IMG/VR virus record: IMGVR_UViG_3300031992_004563
Coordinates: 201,798-265,797 of that record
DNA: 64,000 bases
Origin: a virus
Lineage: Duplodnaviria; Heunggongvirae; Uroviricota; Caudoviricetes
Strand: one strand, 5' to 3'
In this document: positions 10,035-21,306 of the stretch, piece after piece
Position numbering within the stretch: the stretch's first letter is position 1
Layout: the number at the start of each line of letters is the position of its first letter
The notes under the pieces: model-generated
Database searches by the model: none
What the model was told of the DNA's origin: nothing
Seen by the model: only the letters and a program-made list of their open reading frames with translations
Translations under genes and position numbers: made by a program

Positions 10035-10167
10035 AAGCTTTAGAATCAATTTTTGTTATTTATAGTTTTCTTTTTATTATAATATAATAAAATTGGTATC
10101 AATGTTATACACGCTATAAATAACACATATAACACTGAAATACCAATACATGTTAAAATTTCACTTA

Positions 10168-10614
10168 TCATACTAAATGTTTTTGTACAATTTGTGCAAC
10201 CAATTTGCCATCAGCTGTAGGTAATGTTTCCTTAACGGCTTTAACAATAGCCCCCATATTTTTCTTTATTGGCTCAATAACACGTGACAGAACAATATTT
10301 TCTACAACAAATTCAATTTGTTCAGCTGTTACCTCAGCAGGTAAAAACTCTTTGAGAACAAGCAATTGTGCATGTTCTTCATTTGCTAATTCAATACGGT
10401 CATTTGCCATATATATTTCTATGGACTCTTCACGTTGTTTAATTAACTTTTTAATAATTTGAATTTCATCTGCTTCTGTCAATTCTTGTCCTGCATGTTC
10501 TTTGCTTGTTTCCCAGTTCGTAAATGCAGTTTTAATTGCACGGAGTGCTTCAAGTCTCATCTTTTTATGCTCTTTCATTGCCTGCATAATAAGGCCGTTC
10601 AATTCTGTTTTCAT
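10168..10614 (-). CDS. GatB/YqeY domain protein
   Basis: AMKEHKKMRLEALRAIK, IIKKLIKQREESIEIY, KNMGAIVK, ADGKLVAQIV. Confidence 0.88.
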   Translation of the reverse strand: MKTELNGLIMQAMKEHKKMRLEALRAIKTAFTNWETSKEHAGQELTEADEIQIIKKLIKQREESIEIYMANDRIELANEEHAQLLVLKEFLPAEVTAEQIEFVVENIVLSRVIEPIKKNMGAIVKAVKETLPTADGKLVAQIVQKHLV

Positions 10615-10623
10615 ATTCTTTAA

Positions 10624-10905
10624 TTATTTTAAATTACCATTTTCATCTCGTTCTATATTAAGAACTCGTTTGCCATCTTTAACATCTACTATTTTTAATA
10701 ATTGTTTATTTAATGCATATAAAAATATTGGAATTTTTGAATCATCATAAAAACAATCATATTCAGTTCCTCTAATTGTATTTACATCTTGAGGATATAA
10801 TTCATACGCATAATTAAAATATGCTTGGCCTAATCTCCATTCTTTAGGTTTGTTTTGAACCTTTATATGAAGAACAATATTTTTACTATAATCAATTTGA
10901 TCCAT
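10624..10905 (-). CDS. Hypothetical phage protein
   Basis: WRLGQAYFN...DCFYDD motif; in operon. Confidence 0.7.
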   Translation of the reverse strand: MDQIDYSKNIVLHIKVQNKPKEWRLGQAYFNYAYELYPQDVNTIRGTEYDCFYDDSKIPIFLYALNKQLLKIVDVKDGKRVLNIERDENGNLK

Positions 10906-11362
10906 TATTAAAAATTATATTTTGTATGCCATCTTCTGGCTCATAAGGCTTATCTTCAATATTAATATTATGCTCCTTACGGTATTCAATTTCTTTTTCA
11001 ATAAATTGGTCATACTTGGAATGAATATTAAGGTTTTCATTATAATCAAGAACACCAACCAAATGCAAATTGTTCATTTTATAAAGAGGCACCCAAACTC
11101 TATTACCATTTTTATCAAATGTTCCTCGAAGCATTACTTTACGAATTTCTTCAAATGGTGCATCACTAAATACTTGAAGAGATTTAGCAGGAACTTTATT
11201 TACAGATGTTCTATAATTTAAAATATCTGGTCCACCATCGAGCATATAATGTTCTCCATTTGCATCATCGTATGCAACATAATCATGATGTCCACGGCTC
11301 CATAAGATAGTTCCATCTGGAGTTTGAATACGATTAGCAATCATAAATTTTTCATTTTCCAT
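10892..11362 (-). CDS. Hypothetical phage protein
   Basis: 156 aa ORF in operon. Confidence 0.7.
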   Translation of the reverse strand: MENEKFMIANRIQTPDGTILWSRGHHDYVAYDDANGEHYMLDGGPDILNYRTSVNKVPAKSLQVFSDAPFEEIRKVMLRGTFDKNGNRVWVPLYKMNNLHLVGVLDYNENLNIHSKYDQFIEKEIEYRKEHNINIEDKPYEPEDGIQNIIFNNGSN

Positions 11363-11364
11363 AA

Positions 11365-12324
11365 TTATTTCTCCTCTTCTATTTTCTTCATTAATTTCTT
11401 ATATTCTTTAGTTTCTTTCCATTCACCATTTATCTTTTCTTGATATACTACTTTTTCTTTTGGATAACAATCATCACAATATGGTGATATCCAACCAGAT
11501 GTTATTTTAGTTGCAGGTTTTCCACAAACTAAACATGTATTCCAAGAAATATCTTCATATTTTCTGATAATATCATGCACCTCTTTAGATGCTCCATAAT
11601 CATACCAATGCAAATATCCCCATTTTTCTTTAATTTGAGTTATTCGATATTTATAAAGATATTTGTCCTTTTTAAGTTGAGCTTTCAATTCTTCACAAAG
11701 CTGAATTCCAAATGCTTTTCTCCAACCAGGTTCCAATGCATCAAGCTCTGTAAAAGTTGGAATAAACAATATTCTATCAAGAATTTCACGATCAACCCAA
11801 GAAATAATATCATGCCAAAAATGTTTCCATTTATTTGTGATAATTTCAACCCTATTAAAGCAAAATCCATAATTATTTGTATCATTTTCATCTTTAACTT
11901 TTACATGAACTTTAACGATTGGGTTTCCGCCAATTGCAAAAATTAAAGATGTTCCAATAATTTCAAATTTATCATCATATAAAATCTTCATTAAATCAAC
12001 TTCATATTTAATTTTATCTTTTGCACTCCAAATAAAAAGTTTTTTATTATGCTTTTCAAGTTCAACACGATAATCTAAAAATGAAAGATACGTATTATTA
12101 TAAAACTTTTCACGTGGATTAATATCTCCTTTTTCTTGAGTAGCTGATACTGATATTTCTTGTACAGAATCTTTATATAATTTCCAAATTAAACTGCCTA
12201 ATACATTTGCACGATGTCTTCCGGTAAATCTATTTCTTGGATATAAAAACGGAAATCTCATGCATAACCAGCATGCTTCCAATGTATGTAAAAATTTATT
12301 GCATTTCTTCATAATTTCCTTCAT
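11365..12324 (-). CDS. Hypothetical protein with C-terminal CxxC..CxxC (QIKEKWG motif)
   Basis: 319 aa ORF. Confidence 0.7.
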   Translation of the reverse strand: MKEIMKKCNKFLHTLEACWLCMRFPFLYPRNRFTGRHRANVLGSLIWKLYKDSVQEISVSATQEKGDINPREKFYNNTYLSFLDYRVELEKHNKKLFIWSAKDKIKYEVDLMKILYDDKFEIIGTSLIFAIGGNPIVKVHVKVKDENDTNNYGFCFNRVEIITNKWKHFWHDIISWVDREILDRILFIPTFTELDALEPGWRKAFGIQLCEELKAQLKKDKYLYKYRITQIKEKWGYLHWYDYGASKEVHDIIRKYEDISWNTCLVCGKPATKITSGWISPYCDDCYPKEKVVYQEKINGEWKETKEYKKLMKKIEEEK

Positions 12325-12547
12325 CTATTGGTTTTCTTTCATTTACAAAATCTTCCATTGCTTGGAGAATTCCTTCAGGAACAAATGTCATTCCTACCAA
12401 TGCTGTATAAAATGCTTGACATAATTCATCTGCCCCAGCATCCCATGATAATTCTTGTGTAATAACACCATGTCCGGTTTTAACCTACAAAATTGTGGGA
12501 AGTTCATCTCTATTTCCCATATAATATTCGCTATCTTTTGGCTCCAT
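12296..12547 (-). CDS. Hypothetical protein (83 aa, one in-frame TAG; code 15)
   Basis: Fills the gap in the operon; MEPKDSEYYMGNRDELPTILQVKTGHG... ends TAA. Confidence 0.6.
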
Positions 12548-12568
12548 ATTATTAAAAATATTTTTAAA

Positions 12569-12997
12569 TTATATATTTTTTGCAGTATTTTGTTTATTTT
12601 TGCAGCATTTTCCTATATCTTTTTTCAATTGTTCATATTCATTTTCACCACCAGGAAGATCCCAAATTCCCATTTTTCGTCCGGCAATACAAATAAACCA
12701 TAAGTGATTTGCGTACTTTGAATCAGCTTTCCAAAGATAATAATGAAGCATACAATGCAAATCAAATGGCACATATAATAGATTCTCTTTATTTTTAACT
12801 AACCCCATTTCAACCTTTTTAGGAATAATATGGTGAATAGTTACAAAATCTTTAGTTAATGTAGATTCTTTATCATTCCTTTTTGGTTGGGTTTCTTTGA
12901 TTATTTTATAATAAGACTCGTTAGATTTTATTTCTCTAACGAGTTCATTATACTTGGTTATCCAAGGGTTATTATCAAAATTTGGAAATTGAAACAT
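12569..12997 (-). CDS. HNH endonuclease-like protein
   Basis: IHHIIP...NKENL...H..LH motif. Confidence 0.6.
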   Translation of the reverse strand: MFQFPNFDNNPWITKYNELVREIKSNESYYKIIKETQPKRNDKESTLTKDFVTIHHIIPKKVEMGLVKNKENLLYVPFDLHCMLHYYLWKADSKYANHLWFICIAGRKMGIWDLPGGENEYEQLKKDIGKCCKNKQNTAKNI

Positions 12998-12999
12998 AA

Positions 13000-13308
13000 T
13001 TAACGATATACATGATAAAAATTACCGCGCTGGCTCTTTTTAACCTTGCCTATAAGATTACGATTAATTAATGTTGTTTGAGCAACACATCTGGAAATAG
13101 GTTGTTCACCTTCTTTGATAGGTTTTGGATAAAAACCTGTATGGGTAGCATCAATTGTTACATAACCACATCGATGAAGTTCATTATACTTAATTGGATA
13201 TACCACTTCATTAAGTGGAATTTCGTATCCAAAAATGTCCTGCCTTCCGGATAAAACAGGTTTATAACTTTTCTTAAAAAGATTTTTAAAAAATTCTACG
13301 ATTTTCAT
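13000..13308 (-). CDS. Hypothetical protein
   Basis: 102 aa ORF in operon. Confidence 0.6.
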   Translation of the reverse strand: MKIVEFFKNLFKKSYKPVLSGRQDIFGYEIPLNEVVYPIKYNELHRCGYVTIDATHTGFYPKPIKEGEQPISRCVAQTTLINRNLIGKVKKSQRGNFYHVYR

Positions 13309-13320
13309 ATTATTAAAAAT

Positions 13321-13557
13321 TTAAATGTTATTATCTAAGTCAAAGTTATCAAGATATACATATTCACCATCAATATAATCAGGCCCATTATCATCTACTT
13401 TAATTTCATATACAAGCACACATGGATATTTTTCGGGCTCCTCAAGCTGGCTAACAATTTTCCCATGATATGGATCTCTGTCTTTCGTATAAAGTTTTAC
13501 AAAATTTTCAAAATCAAATTTTTGATTAAATAATGTTTTCATTTTTATATCTGTCAT
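13321..13557 (-). CDS. Hypothetical protein
   Basis: 78 aa ORF in operon. Confidence 0.6.
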   Translation of the reverse strand: MTDIKMKTLFNQKFDFENFVKLYTKDRDPYHGKIVSQLEEPEKYPCVLVYEIKVDDNGPDYIDGEYVYLDNFDLDNNI

Positions 13558-13918
13558 TTAATTGTTCAATAACATCTTTACAATCCTCTTCAATTTCTTC
13601 AGGTGTCCAATGATGTGGTGGCATTCCAAAGCCATCTTCCATTTCATCTCTATAATCACCAAATATTGGCACGTAATCTCCAATATGCGCATAATCCCAT
13701 CCAATACACCATTGATAATTGGCTAATCTATGATAATTAGAAAATGTAAATCCACAATGTGTTTCTATATTTTCAATATTATCATAGTGAACTTCAAATA
13801 ATGGATGTCCTTCTGGAATAATTACATATGCACAATACCATCGATCATCTACATAAACAATAAAATATTCATATCCATTATATTGTTTGCGTTTTACTAT
13901 TTGAACATCAAAATCCAT
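13526..13918 (-). CDS. Conserved hypothetical phage protein
   Basis: CAYV.IPEGHP, HCGFTFS, IGWDYAH motifs. Confidence 0.7.
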   Translation of the reverse strand: MDFDVQIVKRKQYNGYEYFIVYVDDRWYCAYVIIPEGHPLFEVHYDNIENIETHCGFTFSNYHRLANYQWCIGWDYAHIGDYVPIFGDYRDEMEDGFGMPPHHWTPEEIEEDCKDVIEQLNDRYKNENII

Positions 13919-13920
13919 GT

Positions 13921-14208
13921 TTAATTGTGTTGTTTATTTTTATCCATTTTTTCTAAAAGTTCAACACCCCAATCTACAAAATTGCATAAGGCTATGCATA
14001 TTAAAAATAACATATAAAATGGCCAAAATAACATTACAAGCAAGCCATCAATGGATGTTGGCAATGTAAAATGATCACTAAGATTGTAATAATCATCAAT
14101 ATCCTTTTTCATATCATTACAAGCTTTGAAATAATGTGCAACTAACCAAATTATGCCTGTAAGAAGATAACATAATGCTACAAGTAGCCAAAGTTCAAGT
14201 GTTGTCAT
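13921..14208 (-). CDS. Small membrane protein
   Basis: Two hydrophobic segments. Confidence 0.65.
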   Translation of the reverse strand: MTTLELWLLVALCYLLTGIIWLVAHYFKACNDMKKDIDDYYNLSDHFTLPTSIDGLLVMLFWPFYMLFLICIALCNFVDWGVELLEKMDKNKQHN

Positions 14209-14212
14209 ATTT

Positions 14213-14578
14213 TTAAAGATTTATTTGAATTTCTGTTTGTAAAGCATTTAAAATATGTTGAAGCTCATGAACATACTTAATTTGACACATCATCTCAGTA
14301 CATTCATATTCAACTTCAATATCTACATACCAATATTCTTTATCATCACACCAAAAACCACGTGATATAAATATACCACGAAGAGTAAATTCATCATGAT
14401 TTAATGATAATCTGTTGTTAGATTGAAATCCAGCATTAATCAATATTTCTGGAGTAATATCAACAGGCTTAAACTTTGCAATTTCATCATCAGATAATGC
14501 GTAAGTTTCACGAGTAACTTGATAATATTTTCTACCAAGTTTATACCAATCACCTATGTGTAATTCTTCAATTTTCAT
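14213..14578 (-). CDS. Hypothetical protein (domain shared with C-terminus of 15212-15931)
   Basis: IGDW...KPVDITPEIL...YVHELQHIL matches IGDW...KPIELTNEIL...YVHELQHLL. Confidence 0.7.
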   Translation of the reverse strand: MKIEELHIGDWYKLGRKYYQVTRETYALSDDEIAKFKPVDITPEILINAGFQSNNRLSLNHDEFTLRGIFISRGFWCDDKEYWYVDIEVEYECTEMMCQIKYVHELQHILNALQTEIQINL

Positions 14579-14580
14579 AT

Positions 14581-15147
14581 TTATAGTTGTATATTAAATG
14601 ATTGAACAATAGAATTTTTAGGTATATAAATAGTACCATGCCATTTTTCTTTTTCAATCGTTCTATGTATGGTATCATTAAATACTAATCGATGATTAGG
14701 TTCTTCTATTATTTCTGTTGCATCTATAACAATTTTAGGAGTTACCGTATCAGTACATACAATATCAAAATTGTTTGCATTAACCTCTACCAATTTATAC
14801 CTATCTTGTGTCAATGTATAAAATCTATATGTTGGAACGCTTGTGCCATTAATTGTTCCACAACCAAGCATAAATGATCCATTCACATCATATTTTGTAT
14901 TTATACCTATAGAATATATTTCAACCTCATGTTTGGACATAGGATCTTCATATGAAATTGTATATGTACATGCAAATAGGATTACATATATTAAAATTAT
15001 TATTAATCCAGCGATAATAACATTTATAGGACTCAATAAAATATGTACCCACCATCTACAATCCGTTGCATTATGCATAATCCATATAAAACCTATACAT
15101 GATGCCACTAAAATTACCCAAAATAAAATGTTTCCAAATATTGTCAT
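14581..15147 (-). CDS. Membrane-anchored hypothetical protein
   Basis: Two N-terminal TM helices, GSFMLGCG. Confidence 0.7.
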   Translation of the reverse strand: MTIFGNILFWVILVASCIGFIWIMHNATDCRWWVHILLSPINVIIAGLIIILIYVILFACTYTISYEDPMSKHEVEIYSIGINTKYDVNGSFMLGCGTINGTSVPTYRFYTLTQDRYKLVEVNANNFDIVCTDTVTPKIVIDATEIIEEPNHRLVFNDTIHRTIEKEKWHGTIYIPKNSIVQSFNIQL

Positions 15148-15164
15148 AGTATTTTAAATTTTAA

Positions 15165-15214
15165 TTAACGTTACAAAAATAATACTTTTTATATAAATTA
15201 AAAAATAGAAGTTA
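15165..15214 (-). promoter_or_regulatory. Repeated early promoter module, copy 4
   Basis: ttaacgttacaaaaataatac...aaaaatagaagtta. Confidence 0.72.
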
Positions 15215-15931
15215 TACATTTGTATCAATTGGACATCTAGCAACATGTAATAAATGCTGCAATTCATGCACATACATAATAGGTATTTGTTCATATGCAT
15301 AATAAAAATATGTATGTTTTGTGCCTTTTAGATGTATTTTTGGTCCAAAATGCTGAGTAGTTTCATAACTGTCATATTCATCATTATACGCCCATTCATT
15401 TTTAAGCAATATTTCATTTGTTAGCTCAATTGGCTTAACTTCATAAAGATTAATTTCTTCAGCTTCATCATATTTACTTGGTCTAACAAATAATGTATCC
15501 ATATTTGTTATCGCCGTAATTTGAACGTATTTATATTTTTTAGGATATTTAAGTTCAAACCAATCTCCAATCATTATATCATCTTTTTCAACTCTAATAG
15601 GCATCGTTCCTGAAAGCCCTAAATATAAATTATCTTCAGCAATTTTTGGTGGAAGATACCCATTTACAATTTGAAGAACTTCTGGAAACAAAATTAACAT
15701 CATTCGCAAAAAATGCCCGGAAGTTCCAACCCAATCAACAAGGTCAATAAATAGTTCTTTTGCGTCTTCTTTATTTTCTTTACAATATTCAAGTAAATCA
15801 ATCCATTGTTGATTAGAATCATCAATACTTGACAAAAACTTTATATGATCTTGCCATGCATTATATAATTCCACTATTGGCTTTTGGTGGTCTTTGTCAG
15901 TTTCTACATGTAAAAAATTACCAGTTAACAT
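15212..15931 (-). CDS. Two-domain hypothetical protein
   Basis: 239 aa ORF; C-terminal domain paralogous to 14213-14578. Confidence 0.7.
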   Translation of the reverse strand: MLTGNFLHVETDKDHQKPIVELYNAWQDHIKFLSSIDDSNQQWIDLLEYCKENKEDAKELFIDLVDWVGTSGHFLRMMLILFPEVLQIVNGYLPPKIAEDNLYLGLSGTMPIRVEKDDIMIGDWFELKYPKKYKYVQITAITNMDTLFVRPSKYDEAEEINLYEVKPIELTNEILLKNEWAYNDEYDSYETTQHFGPKIHLKGTKHTYFYYAYEQIPIMYVHELQHLLHVARCPIDTNV

Positions 15932-16132
15932 ATATTTCTATTTTCAATTTTTAAAATTAATCTCGATGTGTTTTTTCATAATACTTTAAATATTCTATAA
16001 ACAATACAGTTGCAACTGTTGTAATTGTTCCAACGCCTAATACATTTTTAACGATATTTAAAAATACTTTATTCATAACATATAAATACTTTTATTATTT
16101 TATAATTTTATGTTATTTTGTTTCAAATAAAA

Positions 16133-16162
16133 AATGCAATACCAAATTAATGATATTGCATT
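16133..16162. terminator. Terminator hairpin after structural operon
   Basis: aatgcaata...tattgcatt inverted repeat. Confidence 0.55.
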
Positions 16163-16184
16163 TAATAAAATATGTATAATAAAA

Positions 16185-16847
16185 TTATGTTGTTTTAACT
16201 TTTGCATTAACAATACTTGCTCTTACAAAATCGGTCATACTCATACCATTTGTTGCACATTTTTCATCTAATGCAGTAGCAAGTTTTTCTGCGTAATCTT
16301 CAGGCATTGTTGTATTTCCTGCATCAGTACCAAAATACATACGTCCATTTTTAATTGTAATTGCTGTTCCTTGATCTGAAATATATGGCACCATAAACCC
16401 ATCATTTTCTTCAAATTTGGCAGCGCCGCTTGGAATAGGTTTATTAGCCAAATTATCATATGATGTAGAATCAGATTTAAAGTCTTTATTTGTGAATTTA
16501 TAATATGTTTGTACCTATTCTTGTAAAGAAACTTCTTGATTTTCAACATCTTCCATTTGGGCTTCAGCTTCAGATGGTTCTGGAATAAACAGTACATCAT
16601 CCTAATCTATAGAAAATGGATTAGATACACCTGAATATTTTAGTATATATTCTGTGTATTCATCTTTTCCATATTCTGCAAATGCAACTTTATCTGGTCT
16701 CATCTAATAATGACTATTTAGTTTAACAGTCTAATAAGAGTTTAAACCAGTTGCACCTTTAGAAAATATAGATTTAGTTAAATCAATAATTTCATTTCCA
16801 TTATTATCTATAATGGTAGGTTTTTTATCAATTGTATTAGTAAACAT
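16185..16847 (-). CDS. Baseplate wedge protein, T4 gp53/LysM-like (220 aa, code 15)
   Basis: Read-through gives MRPDKVAFAEYGKDEYTEYILKYSGVSNPFSIDQDDVLFIPE; 4 in-frame TAG, ends TAA. Confidence 0.65.
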
Positions 16848-16853
16848 AATTTA

Positions 16854-19661
16854 TTATACGTTAATTAATTTTCTAGTTGCAGCCAATGATCTAATTCTTG
16901 CAACAACATTTTCAGATTGTGCGGCTCTACCAGATTGTCTATCTGCAACACTTCTCATTGCCTATGTATTAATTGGTGTAAATTTAGTTATCAATGTAGT
17001 ATTCCAATTTCCAGAATTTTTGGCTTTTGTGCCAGGTTCTATTCTATATGTCTAATATCCAGTTCCATATTCTTTTTGTAATGCGCCTGCATTCATATAA
17101 TTTATATTACCTGTTGCATCTGTAATATTTTTGGTATATTTGTCAACATAAGTAGTATGATCTGAAGAAGTTGAAATATAGTCTGGTAATACATAGAACT
17201 TACCCATACCTCTATTAAACATTGATTGAATAGCATCATTATCTCTTGGCATTGCATGTTCTATTGTATATTCAACAGTGAATCCTTCTGGAAAATCATC
17301 AGGACCAAGTTCTTCATCCCAATCAACTTTCATTTCACTACAAATTAAATTTCCAATAACCATTATAGGATTAAGTGGATTTCCAATTGTTAAATGCCAT
17401 TCACCTGTAGGTTCACCAACAAGAATATTACCACCTGCATTAATTTGTGGCATTACAGTTGCAGCCATCATTCTATTATGCCACATTTGTTTTAAGTTCG
17501 TTAATAAATTGGTTGCTTTTTTCTAAGCATCTTGTTTAATTTGCGCTTCATTTCTTGTATTATCAACTGAATCTGCTGCACCAAATACTTTATTTGAAAG
17601 ATTATTTAAGAAATCAGATCCACCAAATAAATCAGATAAACTGCTTATTGCCTATCCTAATAAACCAAGAGCTGAACCTCCCATTCTTCCAATTAAATCT
17701 TTAGCCGTGTCAAAATTAAATGAACCATCACCATTTTCACCAACCTTTTTAAATCCAGATAAAACTGTTGCAAGAGCACCTTTATCGCCTAAAAATTTAC
17801 CATCATAAATTTTAGCCATAAAACTATCACGCCAACCACCATCATGGAATGGATACATCTATGGGTGAATCATAAATCTATGACCACCACCCCAGAATAA
17901 TGCATGAGGTGAACACATTTCAAGACAGTTTCCAAGAACATCTAATAATGCAGCCTTTGGATTTATACCACCAATAGCTTTTGCTTTATATGAGCATTTA
18001 ATATTTAATGATTGTGAAAATTTAATACCTGCATCACGTTTTTTAACAGAATCAATTCTATTAACTGGTCCTTTTATTCTATTTCTAAATGTTGCATCAA
18101 ATGGGTCAACATTTGCACCTGCCATTTTTTCAAATGCATCTTGTGATGTTCCAATTTTTCCATTTAATGCCAAGTTAAACTTTCCAAGAGATGTTATTTT
18201 AGCAGATAACATTGATAATGTATGTTGTGGACCATTTATAACATCACCAATTTCAGCATCTTTAAATAATCCTGTATGATCCCCATCACCTAAGAATTTA
18301 TCTATAACAGCCTATTTAGATTCACCAGTATCACCATCAACATTCCAAATATCAGATTTTAAATCGCTCCAATTTGTTCCAGTTGAGAATGACATTAAGC
18401 TTTTTAATGAATTTCCAGTTTCGCCTCCAAACCATGTTACTACATATGCCAATGGTGAAAATGTTTTATCAGCTGTATTTTCTTTAGATGTTTTATTTAC
18501 TGATTCTGTTTCTGTAGTGCCTTTAGCATTTTTTGTTTTCTATTCCTAATCACCATACATACTTTCAAATTGTAAATTATCATATGTAGGTACTGTATAT
18601 CTTCTAAATGTAATTAATCTATTATTAGGAATTAAACCAAAATATTTACAATATACGAAATCTTGGAATGAATATGGTGTTCTGCCCCACATATCTGCAT
18701 TAGACCATTTAATCAATTGTGTAACAGTTGGGTTAGAAACCTATGTTAAATTTTCATTGCCTTCTTGCATTGAATAGAAACGCCGTTGGTCTCTAATATC
18801 ATACATATAGTTTGTAATATTATTGCCAGATATTGTAAGTCCACCAACTAACTTCGTTAATGAATATGGATTCATTATAGACTGAACACCATAATTAAGA
18901 CTTTCAGCCTCAAAATCTTTTGTATCATTTGTTATAATTTTTTGAGTATTTGGTAAGGTTTTTGACTAAATTGTTTTCTTTCCATCTTTTTCTGTTTCAA
19001 CTGATGTTTCTACATTGCCATCAATTTTCATTGCTTGGAATCTTTCTGCTAATTTACTACCTTTAATTATGCCTTTATCAACAAATGCCTATACTACACC
19101 AGCTTCAAGAACATTTGACATATCAGCAAATGCGGTTGCAGCGGTTTTAGATGCAAAAGGTACTCTCATTACGTGTGCATTATCGCCTTTACCTTTTCCA
19201 TCCTCTAAGAAATATTCATCAATTCTATATAAACGAGGATCCCATGCAGCATGAGATTGAAAATCATTTACAATATCTTCCATTAATCTTGGATTACTTT
19301 CAATATCAACTGCACCAGTTTCAATATTTGTAGAAGGGTCTGTTGAAGTTTCAATATCACTTGTTGTTTCTCCTACTGAACCATCTTTTGCAATTTCATC
19401 TTTTGCATTTTCACCGGTTGAAGAATCTTTTATTTCAACTTCTTCAACTGTTATAGAAGATGGTCTAAATACCCATTCAGCTGAAGGAGGATATTTCTAC
19501 ATTAATTTTTCTCTATATGTAGATTCAATTGTTACAGGATTATCTGTGTCTTCGCCTTTAACAATCTATGAAAGTAATTTATCCTCTTCATCCCATTCCT
19601 CATATTCTTCATCCCATTCCTCTTTATAAATTACATAACGTATTTGAAACTATTTAGCCAT
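16854..19661 (-). CDS. Large virion (baseplate/tail) structural protein (935 aa, code 15)
   Basis: Track fragments 19089-19283, 17859-18212, 17652-17858 and 17052-17486 share one frame and are separated only by TAG. Contains YCKYFGLIPNNRLITFRRY; adjacent to gp53-like gene. Confidence 0.7.
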
Positions 19662-19677
19662 AATATTTCTAAATTTA

Positions 19678-21213
19678 TTATCTTATTGGTGATACAAAGC
19701 TCATATCATTAGCAGGTTTAGGTGTATCAACTAATATCAATTTGCTTGCATTTCTTACTACTTGACTATACATATCTTGCTTATATGCATCTCCAAATTC
19801 ATATTCATTCTCAAATAATCTAATATTTGTCATATTAAATTCTGTTTTAACATTATTAATTAATACAGAATTAAATGAGAATGTTTTTATATTTATAGGT
19901 AATTTTTCATCCATTATTAAATTATCATAAGTATGTCCAATTGCATCTGTTAATGTGTCCAAAATTATAATTCGTATATTTTTTGGTGTTATTTCAAATG
20001 CAATATAATTCCAAGATGATAATTTTAATTTTTTAATATTAATCTATTTCTCTATGTCATTATATTTAATAATAATGCAATTGTCAGTTGTTATATCAAA
20101 TTTAACTATATTTTTGCCATTATCCTATAATGTTAATAAATTGAATTCACTTTTTGTTTTTAATCTCCATAATCCGGCTTCCCAGAATTTTGGGAATTTC
20201 TTATTTGTAATTAAACATTCTGATGTTGGAACTTTTATAATATATCCCGTTGCACATTCATCTGTATCAACTTCACCATTTAATACAATTTGTGTTCCAC
20301 GAGTTAATGATATTTTTTGGCCATATTCTAATCTTGCATTTGAATTAACATTAATATACCAATAATCATTATCTTTTGTTTGCAAACTTAATTTTGCATT
20401 ATATGAATTTACTTTATCACTTCCTTTAAACCAACAACTATATACCCATATATTTTCTTTTACTGCAGTATCATACACTGCATCTACTTTATATGTAATT
20501 GGTTTATTTGCTTTTTCAAATGCATAATATGCAGCAGAAATAATATTTCTACTTTCTCCATATATATTATCAACTACTATACTATCAATATCAAAATCTT
20601 TAAATGGATCTACATGTGTTGTTGTATTATATGCAGTTTCTACATCATTAACTGCATCTGCAACTTCTTTAGAAATAGTATCACCAAATAATCTATCCTG
20701 AGCATTTGTAAGTTCATCAATAGAAATTTTGAAATCTTCTGATTCTGCTCTAGAAGCTGCATGTTTCCATTCACCTAATACACATTTCCATGATGTTATT
20801 TTTTGCCCTATTGTATGAACAGGTGTTGATGATATAACTTCATATGGGCGATGTAATAATGGAATTAAAACAAAATCTCCTTTTTGTGGAAGTGTATCTT
20901 CTCCATATACATTTTTCCATGTAGTTATATCAATACTGATTTCAAGTGTTTCTGCCTATTTAATTCCAAATAAATCAATTGTGAAATTACCAACATTAAA
21001 ATTTGCATTATTAGATACTACTTTAATATTTTTAGGACATTCATATTGATGCAATGTATATTCTTGCACAATAACATCCTCACCATTATCATATGGAAGT
21101 AATCTACACCATACTGCATCTAAACCAATCATTTGTGTTGCAGATTGATTTAAATTCATTATTGTTTGATATAAACTTGCAGCGGTTTCCTATAAATTAA
21201 GTATTTCTGCCAT
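19678..21213 (-). CDS. Neck/head-closure protein, T4 gp14-like N-terminus plus extra C-terminal domain (511 aa, code 15)
   Basis: DVIVQEYTL, FTIDLFGI, PQKGDFVLIPLLHRPYEV; three track fragments in one frame joined by TAG. Confidence 0.6.
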
Positions 21214-21252
21214 GTAATAACATATATTTTTATATTTATTATATAAAAATGA

Positions 21253-21278
21253 CACTATACCTATTTTAATAATAAATA
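21253..21278 (+). promoter_or_regulatory. Extended late-promoter motif CACTATACCTATT-N7-TAAATA
   Basis: Same 13-mer, same 7-nt spacing and TAAATA recur at 46304->46279 on the minus strand. Confidence 0.55.
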
Positions 21279-21306
21279 ATTAAAGATAAAATAATATAGT
21301 ATAATT

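Noticed and set aside
795-15157. Plus-strand ORFs in the early block (e.g. 795-1088, 3924-4391, 11575-11946, 14843-15157)
   Set aside because: Antisense to well-supported genes, no motifs, typical shadow ORFs of AT-rich DNA
4512-15214. CRISPR array or attC-type integron from the repeated 50-mers
   Set aside because: Copies are 1.4-7 kb apart, separated by whole genes, non-palindromic and contain a promoter box; no cas or integrase nearby
19587-19625. Direct repeat gaggaatgggatgaaga
   Set aside because: Simple in-frame duplication (EEWDEEYEEWDEE) within a coding N-terminus
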